Positions 23,336 to 33,822 of a stretch of 64,000 nucleotides of DNA are shown here, in pieces. Under the pieces are notes generated by a model that was given only the letters and a program-made list of their open reading frames with translations, was not told where the DNA came from and made no database searches. The DNA is taken from contig JASGJN010000012.1 of assembly GCA_049840735.1 (NCBI GenBank), positions 32,001 through 96,000 on the forward strand, in the 5' to 3' direction. Position numbers and translations under genes: made by a program. Source of the stretch: Anaeromyxobacter sp. (GTDB taxonomy: Bacteria > Myxococcota > Myxococcia > Myxococcales > Anaeromyxobacteraceae). Every line of letters begins with the position of its first letter. Positions within the stretch are counted from its first letter, which is position 1.

Positions 23336-23550
23336 ACTTCGGGCGCTCCTCGTAGGAGCGGAGACTTGTCGTTGACTTGCTCCGCTCGCAAGCTTCAACG
23401 GGGCCGCTCCTCGTGAGGAGCGGAGAGGACGACGGCGGCATGACGAGGCGCTGCTGCTTCAACGGGGCCGCTCCTCGTGAGGAGCGGAGAGGCCGCGCTC
23501 CCCACCGCGAAGCGAAGAAGCGATGCTTCAACGGGCCGCTCCGTAGGAGA
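23336..23550 (-). CRISPR. CRISPR array block 2: two perfect repeats (23392, 23456) and two degenerate ones (about 23336-23365, 23525-23550), 3 spacers
   Basis: Same 36-nt repeat as block 1. Confidence 0.92.
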
Positions 23551-24844
23551 AGGCGCTCAAAAAGTCCGACTACTTCAAGAAGAAGTCGAAGGGGGTCTAC
23601 CGGCCCGACGCGGCCGACCGCGCCCCGTCCTTCTCCCGCGAGCCGGCCTCGCGCCACGTGGACGCGCCGCTCCCGTTCACCTTCGACGCCGAGGCCTGGC
23701 GCGGGCGGATCCGCGAGGCCACCGCCCGCTTCCGCGATCACCCGGAGATCTTCGACGCCGAGGTGGAGCTGACGGCGGAGCGGCAGGTGCGCTGGTTCAC
23801 CTCCAGCGAGGGCTCGGCCCTGATCACCGAGCAGGCCGTCTACAACATCCACCTCACCGCCGTGACCCGCGCCCCCGACGGCCAGCTGCTGGAGGACGGA
23901 CGCGACTGGTACGCGCCCACCGAGGCCGGCCTGCCCGCGCCGGCGCAGCTGGGCGCGGCGGTGGATCAGGTCATCCAGGAGCTGGTGGCGCTGCGCCAGG
24001 CCCCGGCCATCGACCCGTACACCGGGCCGGCCATCCTCGAGTCCGAGGCCGCCGGCGTCCTCTTCCACGAGGCGCTCGGCCACCGGCTGGAGGGGGAGCG
24101 GATCGACGACGACCAGGACGGGCAGACCTTCCGGGGCCAGGTGGGCCAGCGGATCCTGCCGCCCTTCCTGACGCTGGTGGACGATCCCACCCTGGCCACC
24201 CTCGGCGGCCAGCCGCTGAACGGCTTCTACCGCTTCGACGACCAGGGCGTGCCGGGGCAGCGCACCGTGCTGGTCCGCGACGGGAAGCTCGAGGCCTACC
24301 TGCTCTCGCGCAAGCCGGTGGCGCCGTTCACCCGCTCCAACGGCCACGGCCGCGCGCAGGGCATCCGCCGCCCGGTGTCGCGCATGTCCAACCTGATCCT
24401 CACCTCCACGCGGCAGGTGCCCGCCGCCAGGCTCAAGCAGCAGCTGATGGAGGAGGCGCGCCGGCAGGGCAAGCCCTTCGGGCTCATCATCCGGGACATC
24501 ACCGGCGGTGACACCAACACCGCCTCCTACGGCTACCAGGCCTTCAAGGGGACGCCGCGGCTGGTCTACCGCGTCGACGCGAAGACCGGCGCCGAGCAGC
24601 TGGTGCGCGGCGTGGAGCTGGTCGGGACGCCCCTCTCCAGCGTCAACCGGGTGCTGGCCACCAGCGACCGGGCCCAGGTGTTCAACGGCTACTGCGGCGC
24701 GGAGAGCGGCTACGTGCCGGTCTCGACCGCGGCGCCCGCCGTGCTGGTGCAGGAGCTCGAGCTGCAGCGGGTGGCCCGCGCCAGCGACCGCAGCCCCATC
24801 CTCCCCGCCCCGTGGACCGACCAGGGCGGCGGGTCACGATCTGA
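23550..24844 (+). pseudogene. 3' part of the TldD/PmbA-family metallopeptidase (frame stays open to 25022; true end probably about 24844)
   Basis: KAL..SDYFKKKSKGVYRP, FHEALGHRLEG zinc motif, DDP, Y.FDDQG, SNGHGR, RMSNL, FNGYCGAESGYVPVS. Confidence 0.88.
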
Positions 24845-24997
24845 ACGGGGGCTGCGCCCCCGCCCCGCCAGCAGAGCTGTCGGGGCCCCACCCCTGCTGC
24901 GGCGGAGCCGAGCGCGCCGCGGCCTGTCGGCCTTGCGCGCCATCCGCCGCCGAGGGGCTGCCGCCCCTCCCCTGGCTTTCGCCGGGGCCCCCACCCC
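24844..24997. repeat. Hairpin-rich dispersed repeat, family B
   Basis: Near-identical to the first 150 nt or so of the 234-bp unit at 55794. Confidence 0.88.
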
Positions 24998-25053
24998 GTT
25001 TCGGACCAGCGAGCGACCGTAGCCCGCGTCCGCCCCTTCCGCCAGGTGACCCC

Positions 25054-25530
25054 GTGAGCACGCCCGTCCCCGTCCCGCCCCTCGACGCCCTGCTCGGCCA
25101 GCCGCGCCGGGCCGCCCTCGACGCCTTCGCGCGCGCCGGCTGGCGGCCCTGGGCCACGCCCATCTCGCTCGACGCCGGGCTGCGGCGGCGGCTCAACATC
25201 GATCTCTCCGAGCCCGAGGTGGCGCTGCTGCGCGACGAGGCGCTGGCGGCGGTGGCGCACCTCGAGACCGATCGCGAGGGGCTGGTGACGCACGTCGAGG
25301 TGGTGGGGGCCGACCCGGCCGACCCCGTGGCCATCGCGCTGGCGCTGCTGGGCGAGATCGGCCCGCCCCGCACCGGCGGCAACGCCCAGGCGCGCGAGTG
25401 GGTCTGGGGCCCGGAGTCGGGGGCCGAGGCGCAGGTGGCCGGCGAGCCGGTGCGACTCTGGATCTGCGCCGAGCGGGCCTACGGCGACCGGCTCTGGCTC
25501 ATCGCCAGCCTGGTGCGGCGGGCATCGTAA
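25054..25530 (+). CDS. Hypothetical protein
   Basis: GTG start, coding-like GC3 bias. Confidence 0.6.
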   Translation: MSTPVPVPPLDALLGQPRRAALDAFARAGWRPWATPISLDAGLRRRLNIDLSEPEVALLRDEALAAVAHLETDREGLVTHVEVVGADPADPVAIALALLGEIGPPRTGGNAQAREWVWGPESGAEAQVAGEPVRLWICAERAYGDRLWLIASLVRRAS

Positions 25531-25706
25531 CGGGGACTGCGTCCCCGCCCCAGGAGCAAAGCTCCTGGGGCCCCACCCCTGCTGCGCTGGGTCCCGCCGC
25601 GCTGCGGCCCCAGAATCATCAAGCCAGGGGAAGGGGGCCTTGCGCGGCACCCAGCGAGGAGGGGCGCTGCCCCTCCCCCGCGCTGCGCGCGGGGCCCCAA
25701 CCCCCT
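25529..25706. repeat. Divergent family-B repeat copy
   Basis: AACGGGGACTGCGTCCCCGCCCC-hairpin-GGGGCCCCACCCCTGCT...; stems kept with different sequence. Confidence 0.75.
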
Positions 25707-26656
25707 CAACCCGCCCCCGCAACCCCGCCACGCGCCGCCGGCACCCCGCACAGCCTGAGCAGCAGCGGCGCCACCGCGGTCAGGTCGGCCACCGCCGCCA
25801 CCTCCGCCGCCGCCCGGCCGAAGCCCAGCACCGGCACCCGGGCCAGCGTGTGGTTGCGGGTCGAGAGGTCCTCGACGTTGCCGTGGTCGCTGGTGACCAG
25901 CAGGGCGTCGTCGGGCCCGAGGCGGTCGAGCAGCGCGCGCAGGAAGCGGTCCAGCCGCCCCAGCGCCTCCAGCGCCCGCCCCATGGCGCGGGCGTGGCCC
26001 GCCTCGTCGCTCTCGAAGAACTCCAGCAGGACCAGGTCCTGCCCGGCCCCCAGCGCCGCCAGCAGCGCCCCCGCCTCCTCCGGCGTCCGCAACGGCACGC
26101 CGGCGCCGTACCGCCGGGCCCGCTCGCCGGTGAGGTCGTGGGTGAGCCCGTCGCCGGCCCGCGCGTCGGCCCAGGTCCGGAACCGGCCGCCCCCAGCCGC
26201 GTAGGCCACGGTGGTGGCGGAGGCCCGGGCCCTGCGCCGCCCCTCCAGCGCGAACTCCGGCTCCCCCTCCGCCGGCAGCCCCAGCGCGCGCAGGTAGGCC
26301 ACCGGGTAGGCGTTGGCGAAGAGCGCGCGCCGCCCGGCCGCGGCCAGGGCCGCGAAGACCGAGCGCTCGGCCAGGAGCGCCCGCAGCGGCGCGTTGGGGT
26401 AGCCGAGCAGGTGCCGGCCCAGCGCGGCGGGCGCGTTGGCGCCGGTGAGGAGGGTGGCCTGGCCGGTGGCCGACTGCGGCCGGCCGGGCACGCCCAGCGT
26501 GGCGTCTGCCAGCGCCCAGCGCCCGCCGTGAGGCAGCGGCGTCCCGCCCCCGTCTGCGAACCGGGAGAGGAGCAGGTCCTCCCGGGCCAGGGGGTTCACC
26601 TCGGGGTCGGGAGCACCTGCCCCTACCCCGTCCACGAAGACGAAGAACACCGTCAC
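25706..26656 (-). CDS. Alkaline phosphatase-superfamily metalloenzyme (phosphomutase-like)
   Basis: FVDGVG, PQSATGQ, D.AGH, TSDHGN.ED...HT. Confidence 0.8.
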   Translation of the reverse strand: MTVFFVFVDGVGAGAPDPEVNPLAREDLLLSRFADGGGTPLPHGGRWALADATLGVPGRPQSATGQATLLTGANAPAALGRHLLGYPNAPLRALLAERSVFAALAAAGRRALFANAYPVAYLRALGLPAEGEPEFALEGRRRARASATTVAYAAGGGRFRTWADARAGDGLTHDLTGERARRYGAGVPLRTPEEAGALLAALGAGQDLVLLEFFESDEAGHARAMGRALEALGRLDRFLRALLDRLGPDDALLVTSDHGNVEDLSTRNHTLARVPVLGFGRAAAEVAAVADLTAVAPLLLRLCGVPAARGGVAGAG

Positions 26657-26767
26657 GGCGGGATGATAGGCCAGCCGGGCCGCGGGCGCCCGCCCCCGCG
26701 CGTTCTCGGCGCGACGCCGGACCCGGCCGGCGCTATCCTCCGCGCACCTCTCGTCCGGATCTGCCCC

Positions 26768-28052
26768 ATGCGCCTCCGCGACTTCCCCACCGACGTGACC
26801 ATCACCTTCGACGGGCAGCCGGTGCCGGCGCGGCGCGGCGAGAGCATCGCCTCGGCGCTGCTGGCGGCAGGCAAGCCGCTCGTGTCGCGCAGCGCCAAGT
26901 ACCACCGGCCGCGCGGCCCCTTCTGCCTGGCCGGCACCTGCGGCAGCTGCCTGGTCCGCGTGGACGGGCTCCCGAGCCAGCGCGCCTGCAAGACGCCTTG
27001 CGCCGAGGGGCAGGTGGTGGAGTCGCAGAACGGGCTCCCCGACGCCGGGCACGACGTGCTGGGGGTCATCGACACCGTCTACGCCCACGGCCTCGATCAC
27101 CACCACCTCATGACCTGGAGCGCTCTCGCCAACCGCTTGACGGTCGCCGCCTCCCGCGAGCTGGCCGGGCTGGGCAGGCTCCCCGCCGCGGCCGCCCTGC
27201 CCCCGCGGCCGGCGCCGCCGGAGCGCGAGGAGCGCTGGGACGTGCTGGTGGTGGGCGCCGGCCCCGCCGGCCTGGGCGCCGCGGAGCGGCTGGTCGAGGC
27301 GGGCCGCCGCGTGCTGGTGGCCGAGGCCGAGCCGGCCGCCGGAGGCCGGCTGCGCTGCCGGCTGCCGTGGGACGGCCAGCCCGGGCTGGACTGGGTGGAG
27401 GCGGTGCGGGCGCGGCTGGCCTCGGGAGGCGGCGAGCTGGCGGTCCGCACCGCGGTGCTGGGGCTCTGGCTCGACGGCGGGAGCCCGCTGGCGCTGCTGG
27501 CGCAGGACGGCGCGCCCACGCGCCTGCGGCTGGTGCGGCCGGGGCGGGTGGTGCTCTGCAACGGCGGCCACCCGCTGCCGCCGGCGCTGGAGGACGGCGA
27601 CCGCCCGGGCGTCTTCGGCGGGCGCGGGCTGGCGCTGGCGCTAGCCGAGCACGGGGTGATCCCGGGCCGGCGCGCGGTGGTGCTGGGCGCGGGCCCGGAG
27701 CCCGCCGCGCTGGCGGCGGCGCTGACCGCGGCCGGCGTGGCCGTGGAGCAGGTGGCAGAGGCCGCCGGCCGGATCCGGGGCCGGGCGCGGGTGCGCGGGC
27801 TGCGGCTGCCGGACGGCCGGACCGTGCCGTGCGACGTGGTGGCGGTGGCCACGCCCCCGGCGCCTGCCACGGACCTGGGCCGCGCGCTGGGGGCGGCCCT
27901 CACCTTCGACGGCGGCGCGCAGGCCTTCGCGCTGCAGGCGGACGCCGCCGGGCGCACCACGGCGGAGGCGGTGCTGGCGGCGGGCGAGGTGACCGGGGCG
28001 ATGGACGCGCGGCAGGCGGCCGACTCCGGCCGCCGCGCCGGGGAGGCGGCCC

Positions 28053-28060
<8 letters not shown>
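26768..28060 (+). CDS. 2Fe-2S/FAD oxidoreductase, sarcosine oxidase/proline dehydrogenase alpha-like
   Basis: [30 protein letters not shown]. Confidence 0.85.
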
Positions 28061-29541
<1,481 letters not shown>

Positions 29542-29583
29542 GGGCATGCTGCCCCTCCCCGCGGGTGCCATGCTCGAAGACGG

Positions 29584-29651
29584 CCGTTCGCCCTGAGCGC
29601 AGCCGCGGCGGAGTCGAAGGGCGCCCCTCCCCCGCTGCGCGGGCCCCCTCC
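29584..29651. repeat. REP-like family A copy followed by a family-B-like tail
   Basis: CCGTTCGCCCTGAGCGCAGCCGCGGCGGAGTCGAAGGG plus CCCCTCCCCCGCTGCGCGGGCCCC. Confidence 0.65.
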
Positions 29652-29752
29652 CCGCTCTCCACGCTCCCTCCGATCGCTGGGCCCCGCGGCGCCTCGCCGC
29701 GATATCGGACCGGGACCGCGCGCGGGCGGCGGTTTGCGGTGAAGCTCCGGCC

Positions 29753-30583
29753 ATGTCACTCGGAAAGAAGATCGCCTTCCTCGGCTCCGGGAACATGGCC
29801 GAGGCGCTGGTGAAGGGGCTCCTGCGGGCCGGCATGGCCGAGAAGGACGAGGTGCTCTGCGCCGAGCTGCGCAACGAGCGCCGCGACGAGATTGCCAGCC
29901 GCTACGGCGTGCGCGTCACCGACGACAACCGCGCCGCCACCGAGGAGGCCGACATCGTCGTGCTCTCGGTGAAGCCGCAGAGCATGGACGAGCTGCTGGA
30001 GGAGATTGCCCCGGCCATCGACCACCGCAAGCTGGTGATTCCGATCGCCGCCGGCATCCCCATCGCCGCCATCGCCCGCAAGCTGGGCGCCGGCGTGCGC
30101 ATCGTCCGGACCATGCCCAACACCCCCGCCCTGGTGGGCGCCGGCGCCACCGCGCTGGCCCGCGGGGCCCACGCGACCGACGCCGACCTTGAGCAGGCCC
30201 GCGCGCTGTTCCAGGCCGTGGGGATCGCGGTGATCGTGGAGGAGCACCACCTGGACGCGGTGACCGGCCTCTCCGGCTCCGGCCCGGCCTTCCTGTTCCT
30301 GGCCATCGAGGCGCTGGCCGACGGCGGCGTGAAGGTGGGCCTGGCCCGCCCGGTGGCCATGGCGCTGGCCGCCCAGACCGTGCTCGGCTCCGCCAAGCTG
30401 GTGATCGAGAGCGGCGAGCACCCCGGCCGGCTCAAGGACCAGGTCACCAGCCCCGGCGGCACGGCCATCGCCGGCGTGCACGCGCTGGAGGTGGGCGGGC
30501 TGCGCGCCGCGCTGATCGCGGCGGTCGAGGCGGCCACCCGCCGCTCCCACGAGCTGGGCGAGAAGGCCGCGAAGAAGGACTGA
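29753..30583 (+). CDS. proC: Pyrroline-5-carboxylate reductase
   Basis: FLGSGNMA, VKPQ, RTMPNTP, GLSGSGPA, VTSPGGT. Confidence 0.97.
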   Translation: MSLGKKIAFLGSGNMAEALVKGLLRAGMAEKDEVLCAELRNERRDEIASRYGVRVTDDNRAATEEADIVVLSVKPQSMDELLEEIAPAIDHRKLVIPIAAGIPIAAIARKLGAGVRIVRTMPNTPALVGAGATALARGAHATDADLEQARALFQAVGIAVIVEEHHLDAVTGLSGSGPAFLFLAIEALADGGVKVGLARPVAMALAAQTVLGSAKLVIESGEHPGRLKDQVTSPGGTAIAGVHALEVGGLRAALIAAVEAATRRSHELGEKAAKKD

Positions 30584-30585
30584 AC

Positions 30586-31020
30586 GTGCGCCTCGCTCCC
30601 GCCCTGTCCGTCGCGCTGGCGCTGGCCGGCTGCGCCTCCACCAAGCCGGTCGGCCGGCTGCGCGTCGATCCGGCGCCCGCGGCCGACGCCGCCGGGCTCA
30701 CCGACGTGGAGCAGCGGCTGGTCCGCGCCGTCTCCAGCGTGGGGGCGGAGCGCGGCCTCTTCTGCCGGCCGTTCGGCGGCTCGGTCCTGCTCTCGTGCAC
30801 CGCCGCGGCGGTCAGCAACCTGAGCGCCACGCTGGAGATCGAGCTGGTGCGCGCCGGCACCGGCTACGAGGTCTCGGTCGACCAGGCCATCCTGCTGGCC
30901 GGCCGCGACTCGCCCATCTGCGCCGTGGAGAAGCGCCTGGCCGACGCCATCGACGCCGAGCTGGGCTCGCCGCGCGCCCACACCGACGTCCACAGCACCT
31001 GCCCGCCGCGCAAGCAGTAG
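30586..31020 (+). CDS. Hypothetical lipoprotein
   Basis: Lipobox LAGC. Confidence 0.65.
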   Translation: MRLAPALSVALALAGCASTKPVGRLRVDPAPAADAAGLTDVEQRLVRAVSSVGAERGLFCRPFGGSVLLSCTAAAVSNLSATLEIELVRAGTGYEVSVDQAILLAGRDSPICAVEKRLADAIDAELGSPRAHTDVHSTCPPRKQ

Positions 31021-31167
31021 CCGCCTCCCGCCGCCCTCCAGCCGCCCCACCCCCTGCCCGCCCGCGCGCAGGGTGGGCGGGGAGCCCTTGCCGCTCCTCT
31101 GAGGGGCTCGCACATTCGGACGACGACGCGGACGGGATCTTCCGCCCCACTCGAACCGGGAGCGTGC

Positions 31168-31347
31168 ATGGCAGATTGGGGCAAGGCACAGAAGGGCCGG
31201 GACATGACGGTGCGGGAGGCCGGCCGCCTGGGCGGTGAAGCCCGCAAGGAGCAGCTGGGGTCGAAGGGCTACTCGGAGCTGGGGCAGAAGGGCGGGCAGC
31301 GGGTCCGGCAGCTCATCGAGGAGGGCAAGCAGGCCGAGCGGAAGTGA
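31168..31347 (+). CDS. 59-aa KGG-motif general stress protein (GsiB/Em-like), absent from ORF track
   Basis: MADWGKAQKGRDMTVREAGRLGGEARKEQLGSKGYSELGQKGGQRVRQLIEEGKQAERK; GGAG RBS. Confidence 0.85.
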   Translation: MADWGKAQKGRDMTVREAGRLGGEARKEQLGSKGYSELGQKGGQRVRQLIEEGKQAERK

Positions 31348-31427
31348 TGCCTCCCGGGGCGAGGCCCGGCGGCGCGCCAGCGTCGCGAGCCTTGTCCGGC
31401 GGGTGGGGCGGTGCGAGAAAGGGGGCC

Positions 31428-32126
31428 ATGCGCCACCTCCTCGCCTGCACCGCCGCGACCCTCACCCTCCTCGCCTCCGCCTGCACGCCGCGCGCGGTGG
31501 TCCCCACCGCCGAGCAGGAGCGCGTCCAGAAGGAGCTCTCCGGTCAGCAGCGGTACCTGCGCGTGGCCGCGAACGTCGGCCCGCTGTGGGGCGACACGCG
31601 CAAGCTGCTGGTGGCCGACCAGCCGGCCGCGGAGATCGACCTGGTGCTCTCGCCCGGCGGCGACGTGATCGCCCCGCCGCGGTTCGACCGCGTGCTGCGG
31701 CCGGGGACGCCGGTGCGGATCGAGTCGGTCGAGTTCCCCGCCGGCTGGCTGATCGCCGAGCGCGTGGTGACCACGCCCCGCTACCACCCGTGGGTCTACG
31801 TGCGGCTGCCCGGCGAGACGCGGCCAGGCGTGCTGGTGCTCTCCCAGACGGTCGAGACCTTCGACGACGTGCGCGGCGAGCTGGAGCGCATGCTGACGGC
31901 GGACGATCCCTCGGCCGCCTTCAACTCGCTGGCGCCGGAGTACCGCAACGCCATCCTGCGCAAGGAGGCGATCGAGGGGATGAGCCCGGCGGCGCTGGAG
32001 ATGGCCTGGGGCGTGCCGGAGCGGAAGCGGATCGACCGCCCCTCGCACACCGAGGAGTGGTCGTGGCCGGGCGGCAAGCGCCGCGCCTTCCTGCGCGACG
32101 ACCGGGTGGAGCGGCTGGAGAAGTAG
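31428..32126 (+). CDS. Hypothetical lipoprotein with BamE/SmpA-like C-terminus
   Basis: Lipobox ASAC; GMS..ALEMAWG.P...EEW.W. Confidence 0.7.
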   Translation: MRHLLACTAATLTLLASACTPRAVVPTAEQERVQKELSGQQRYLRVAANVGPLWGDTRKLLVADQPAAEIDLVLSPGGDVIAPPRFDRVLRPGTPVRIESVEFPAGWLIAERVVTTPRYHPWVYVRLPGETRPGVLVLSQTVETFDDVRGELERMLTADDPSAAFNSLAPEYRNAILRKEAIEGMSPAALEMAWGVPERKRIDRPSHTEEWSWPGGKRRAFLRDDRVERLEK

Positions 32127-32161
32127 GGGCTTTCAAGCGGAGGGCTGCGCCCCCCGCCCCG

Positions 32162-32923
32162 TCAGCGGCGGCGCGGCCCGCCCCGGTCGTCCCGGCGTGG
32201 CCCGCCGCGGTCTTCGCGCCGGGCGCCGCGGTCGTCCCGCCGGCCGCCGCGCCCACCGTCGCGCCGCTCGCGCCCGGGCTCGGCCGGGCCAGGGGTGACG
32301 CCGATGGCCACCGAGAAGACGGTGCCGGCGCGCAGCTGCGCCACCAGGTCGGCCTCGCTGGCGACCGGGTCGCGGAAGAGCGTGGCGGCCTTGCCGATGT
32401 CGCCCACCTCGTGGGCGTCGGAGGCGCCGACGCAGGGCAGGCTCATGTGGTCGGCCGCCTCGATGGCCAGGTCGTTGGCCGGGCCGCGGCGCCGCGTGTT
32501 GAGCCCCTCGATGGCCGAGAGGCCGTCCAGCGTGAAGATCACGTCGCCGCTCGGGCGCTCCACCGTCTTGTCGTAGGGGTGGGCCGCGATGGCCACGCCG
32601 CCCAGGGCCCTCACCTTGGCGAGCACGTCGCGCACCGGCCAGGGCACGGCCGAGCCGAACAGCTGCGGCGGCGCCGGCACCTGGGCCGGATCCGGGAAGA
32701 AGCAGAGGTAGTGGCCGCGGTCGGTGGTGACCTCCACGCCGCAGAGCGCCAGCACGCCCTCTTCGCGCCCCGCCGCCGGGATCTCCTCCAGCCCCTCGAG
32801 CGTGTTCAGGTCGGTGAAGGCCAGCCCGTCCAGCCCAGACTCGCGGGCGCGCCGGAGCGCGTCGCGGGGCGCCAGGGTACAGCCGCGGGTGTGGTGGGTG
32901 TGGACGTGCAGGTCGATGAGCAT
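32162..32923 (-). CDS. PHP-domain metal-dependent phosphoesterase
   Basis: IDLHVHT, TD, GVEVTT..GH, AHP, SDAH. Confidence 0.88.
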   Translation of the reverse strand: MLIDLHVHTHHTRGCTLAPRDALRRARESGLDGLAFTDLNTLEGLEEIPAAGREEGVLALCGVEVTTDRGHYLCFFPDPAQVPAPPQLFGSAVPWPVRDVLAKVRALGGVAIAAHPYDKTVERPSGDVIFTLDGLSAIEGLNTRRRGPANDLAIEAADHMSLPCVGASDAHEVGDIGKAATLFRDPVASEADLVAQLRAGTVFSVAIGVTPGPAEPGRERRDGGRGGRRDDRGARREDRGGPRRDDRGGPRRR

Positions 32924-32982
32924 GGGCGCGATCGTCTACCACATCCACCGCGCGGTGCGCCGCCCCGGCGCGGTGGGCGCCG

Positions 32983-33248
32983 TCACGCCTGGAGGACGGC
33001 CTCGGCCCTGGCCGGCTGCCGCCCCTCGGCGGCGCGGATCAGGGTAGCCCATCAACATGAGGCTGGAGGTGTTCTCCAGCACCCGCTCCCGGGTCGCGCG
33101 AGATGAGCGTGGAGCTGTAGTGCAGGAAGAACTGCGCCAGCTCCTCGCCGGCCTCGCGGACGATCAGGGCGTTGAGCTCCGCCGAGTCCATGGTCCGGAT
33201 CCGATTGATGAACTCGACCGCGAAGCCCTTCTTCTTCACCCCGGCCAT
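32983..33248 (-). CDS. Small hypothetical protein (frameshifted)
   Basis: MAGVKKKGFAVEFINRIRTMDS...LENTSSLMLMGY; GGAGG RBS. Confidence 0.6.
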
Positions 33249-33455
33249 GAGGCCCTCCTGGCGTACCGTGCAGCAATCTAGGGAGGGCCGGCGCCGTCGG
33301 CCAGGTACCCCGGCCCCGCCCCGGGACAAAACCGCAAGGCGATACCGGTGGTTACGGCCGTGGATTGTTTGACAGGCTCCGGCGCCGAGGGGATACTCGT
33401 TCCGGGTCTTGCGGACGCGGGGAGAGCGGGCGTGGCCGATCAGCGAGAGAGCGCG

Positions 33456-33653
33456 ATGAGCTTCACCGGGGTGAAGGTGTTCTCCGCCACCAAGGCCAGG
33501 GAGCGCGAGGAGCTGGGTGAGACCATCACCCGCTGGCTCCAGTCCAACCCGGGCAACGAGGTGGTGGACCGGGTCGTCACGCAGTCGAGCGACGACGAGT
33601 TCCACTGCCTGACGATCGTCCTGTTCTTCCGCGAGCGGAAGACGGCGGCCTGA
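33456..33653 (+). CDS. Small hypothetical protein
   Basis: GVKVFSATKAREREELGE.IT.WL...QSSD.EFHCLTI. Confidence 0.75.
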   Translation: MSFTGVKVFSATKAREREELGETITRWLQSNPGNEVVDRVVTQSSDDEFHCLTIVLFFRERKTAA

Positions 33654-33822
33654 GCCGCCCCATCCTAGCCAGCCGGCGGCGTCCCGCCCGGCCCACCCTC
33701 CCGCGGCGGCCGCTGGGCGTCCTGCGCGGCGGTGGGCGCGCCCGGCGGCGGCGCGGGATCGCCTGGCCGCTTCCCGCGGCCCGCGCTCCCCTTTCCCTGT
33801 GGGGCGTGGTAGGAGCCCTCGC

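Noticed and set aside
23290..23337. AT-rich stretch as CRISPR leader
   Set aside because: It lies on the wrong side of block 2 for the inferred minus-strand orientation, and sits in low-quality-looking sequence after the IstA truncation.
24844..24860. Shared AACGGGG between repeat family B and the CRISPR repeat
   Set aside because: Only about 7-10 nt of similarity in a very GC-rich genome; the hairpins differ.
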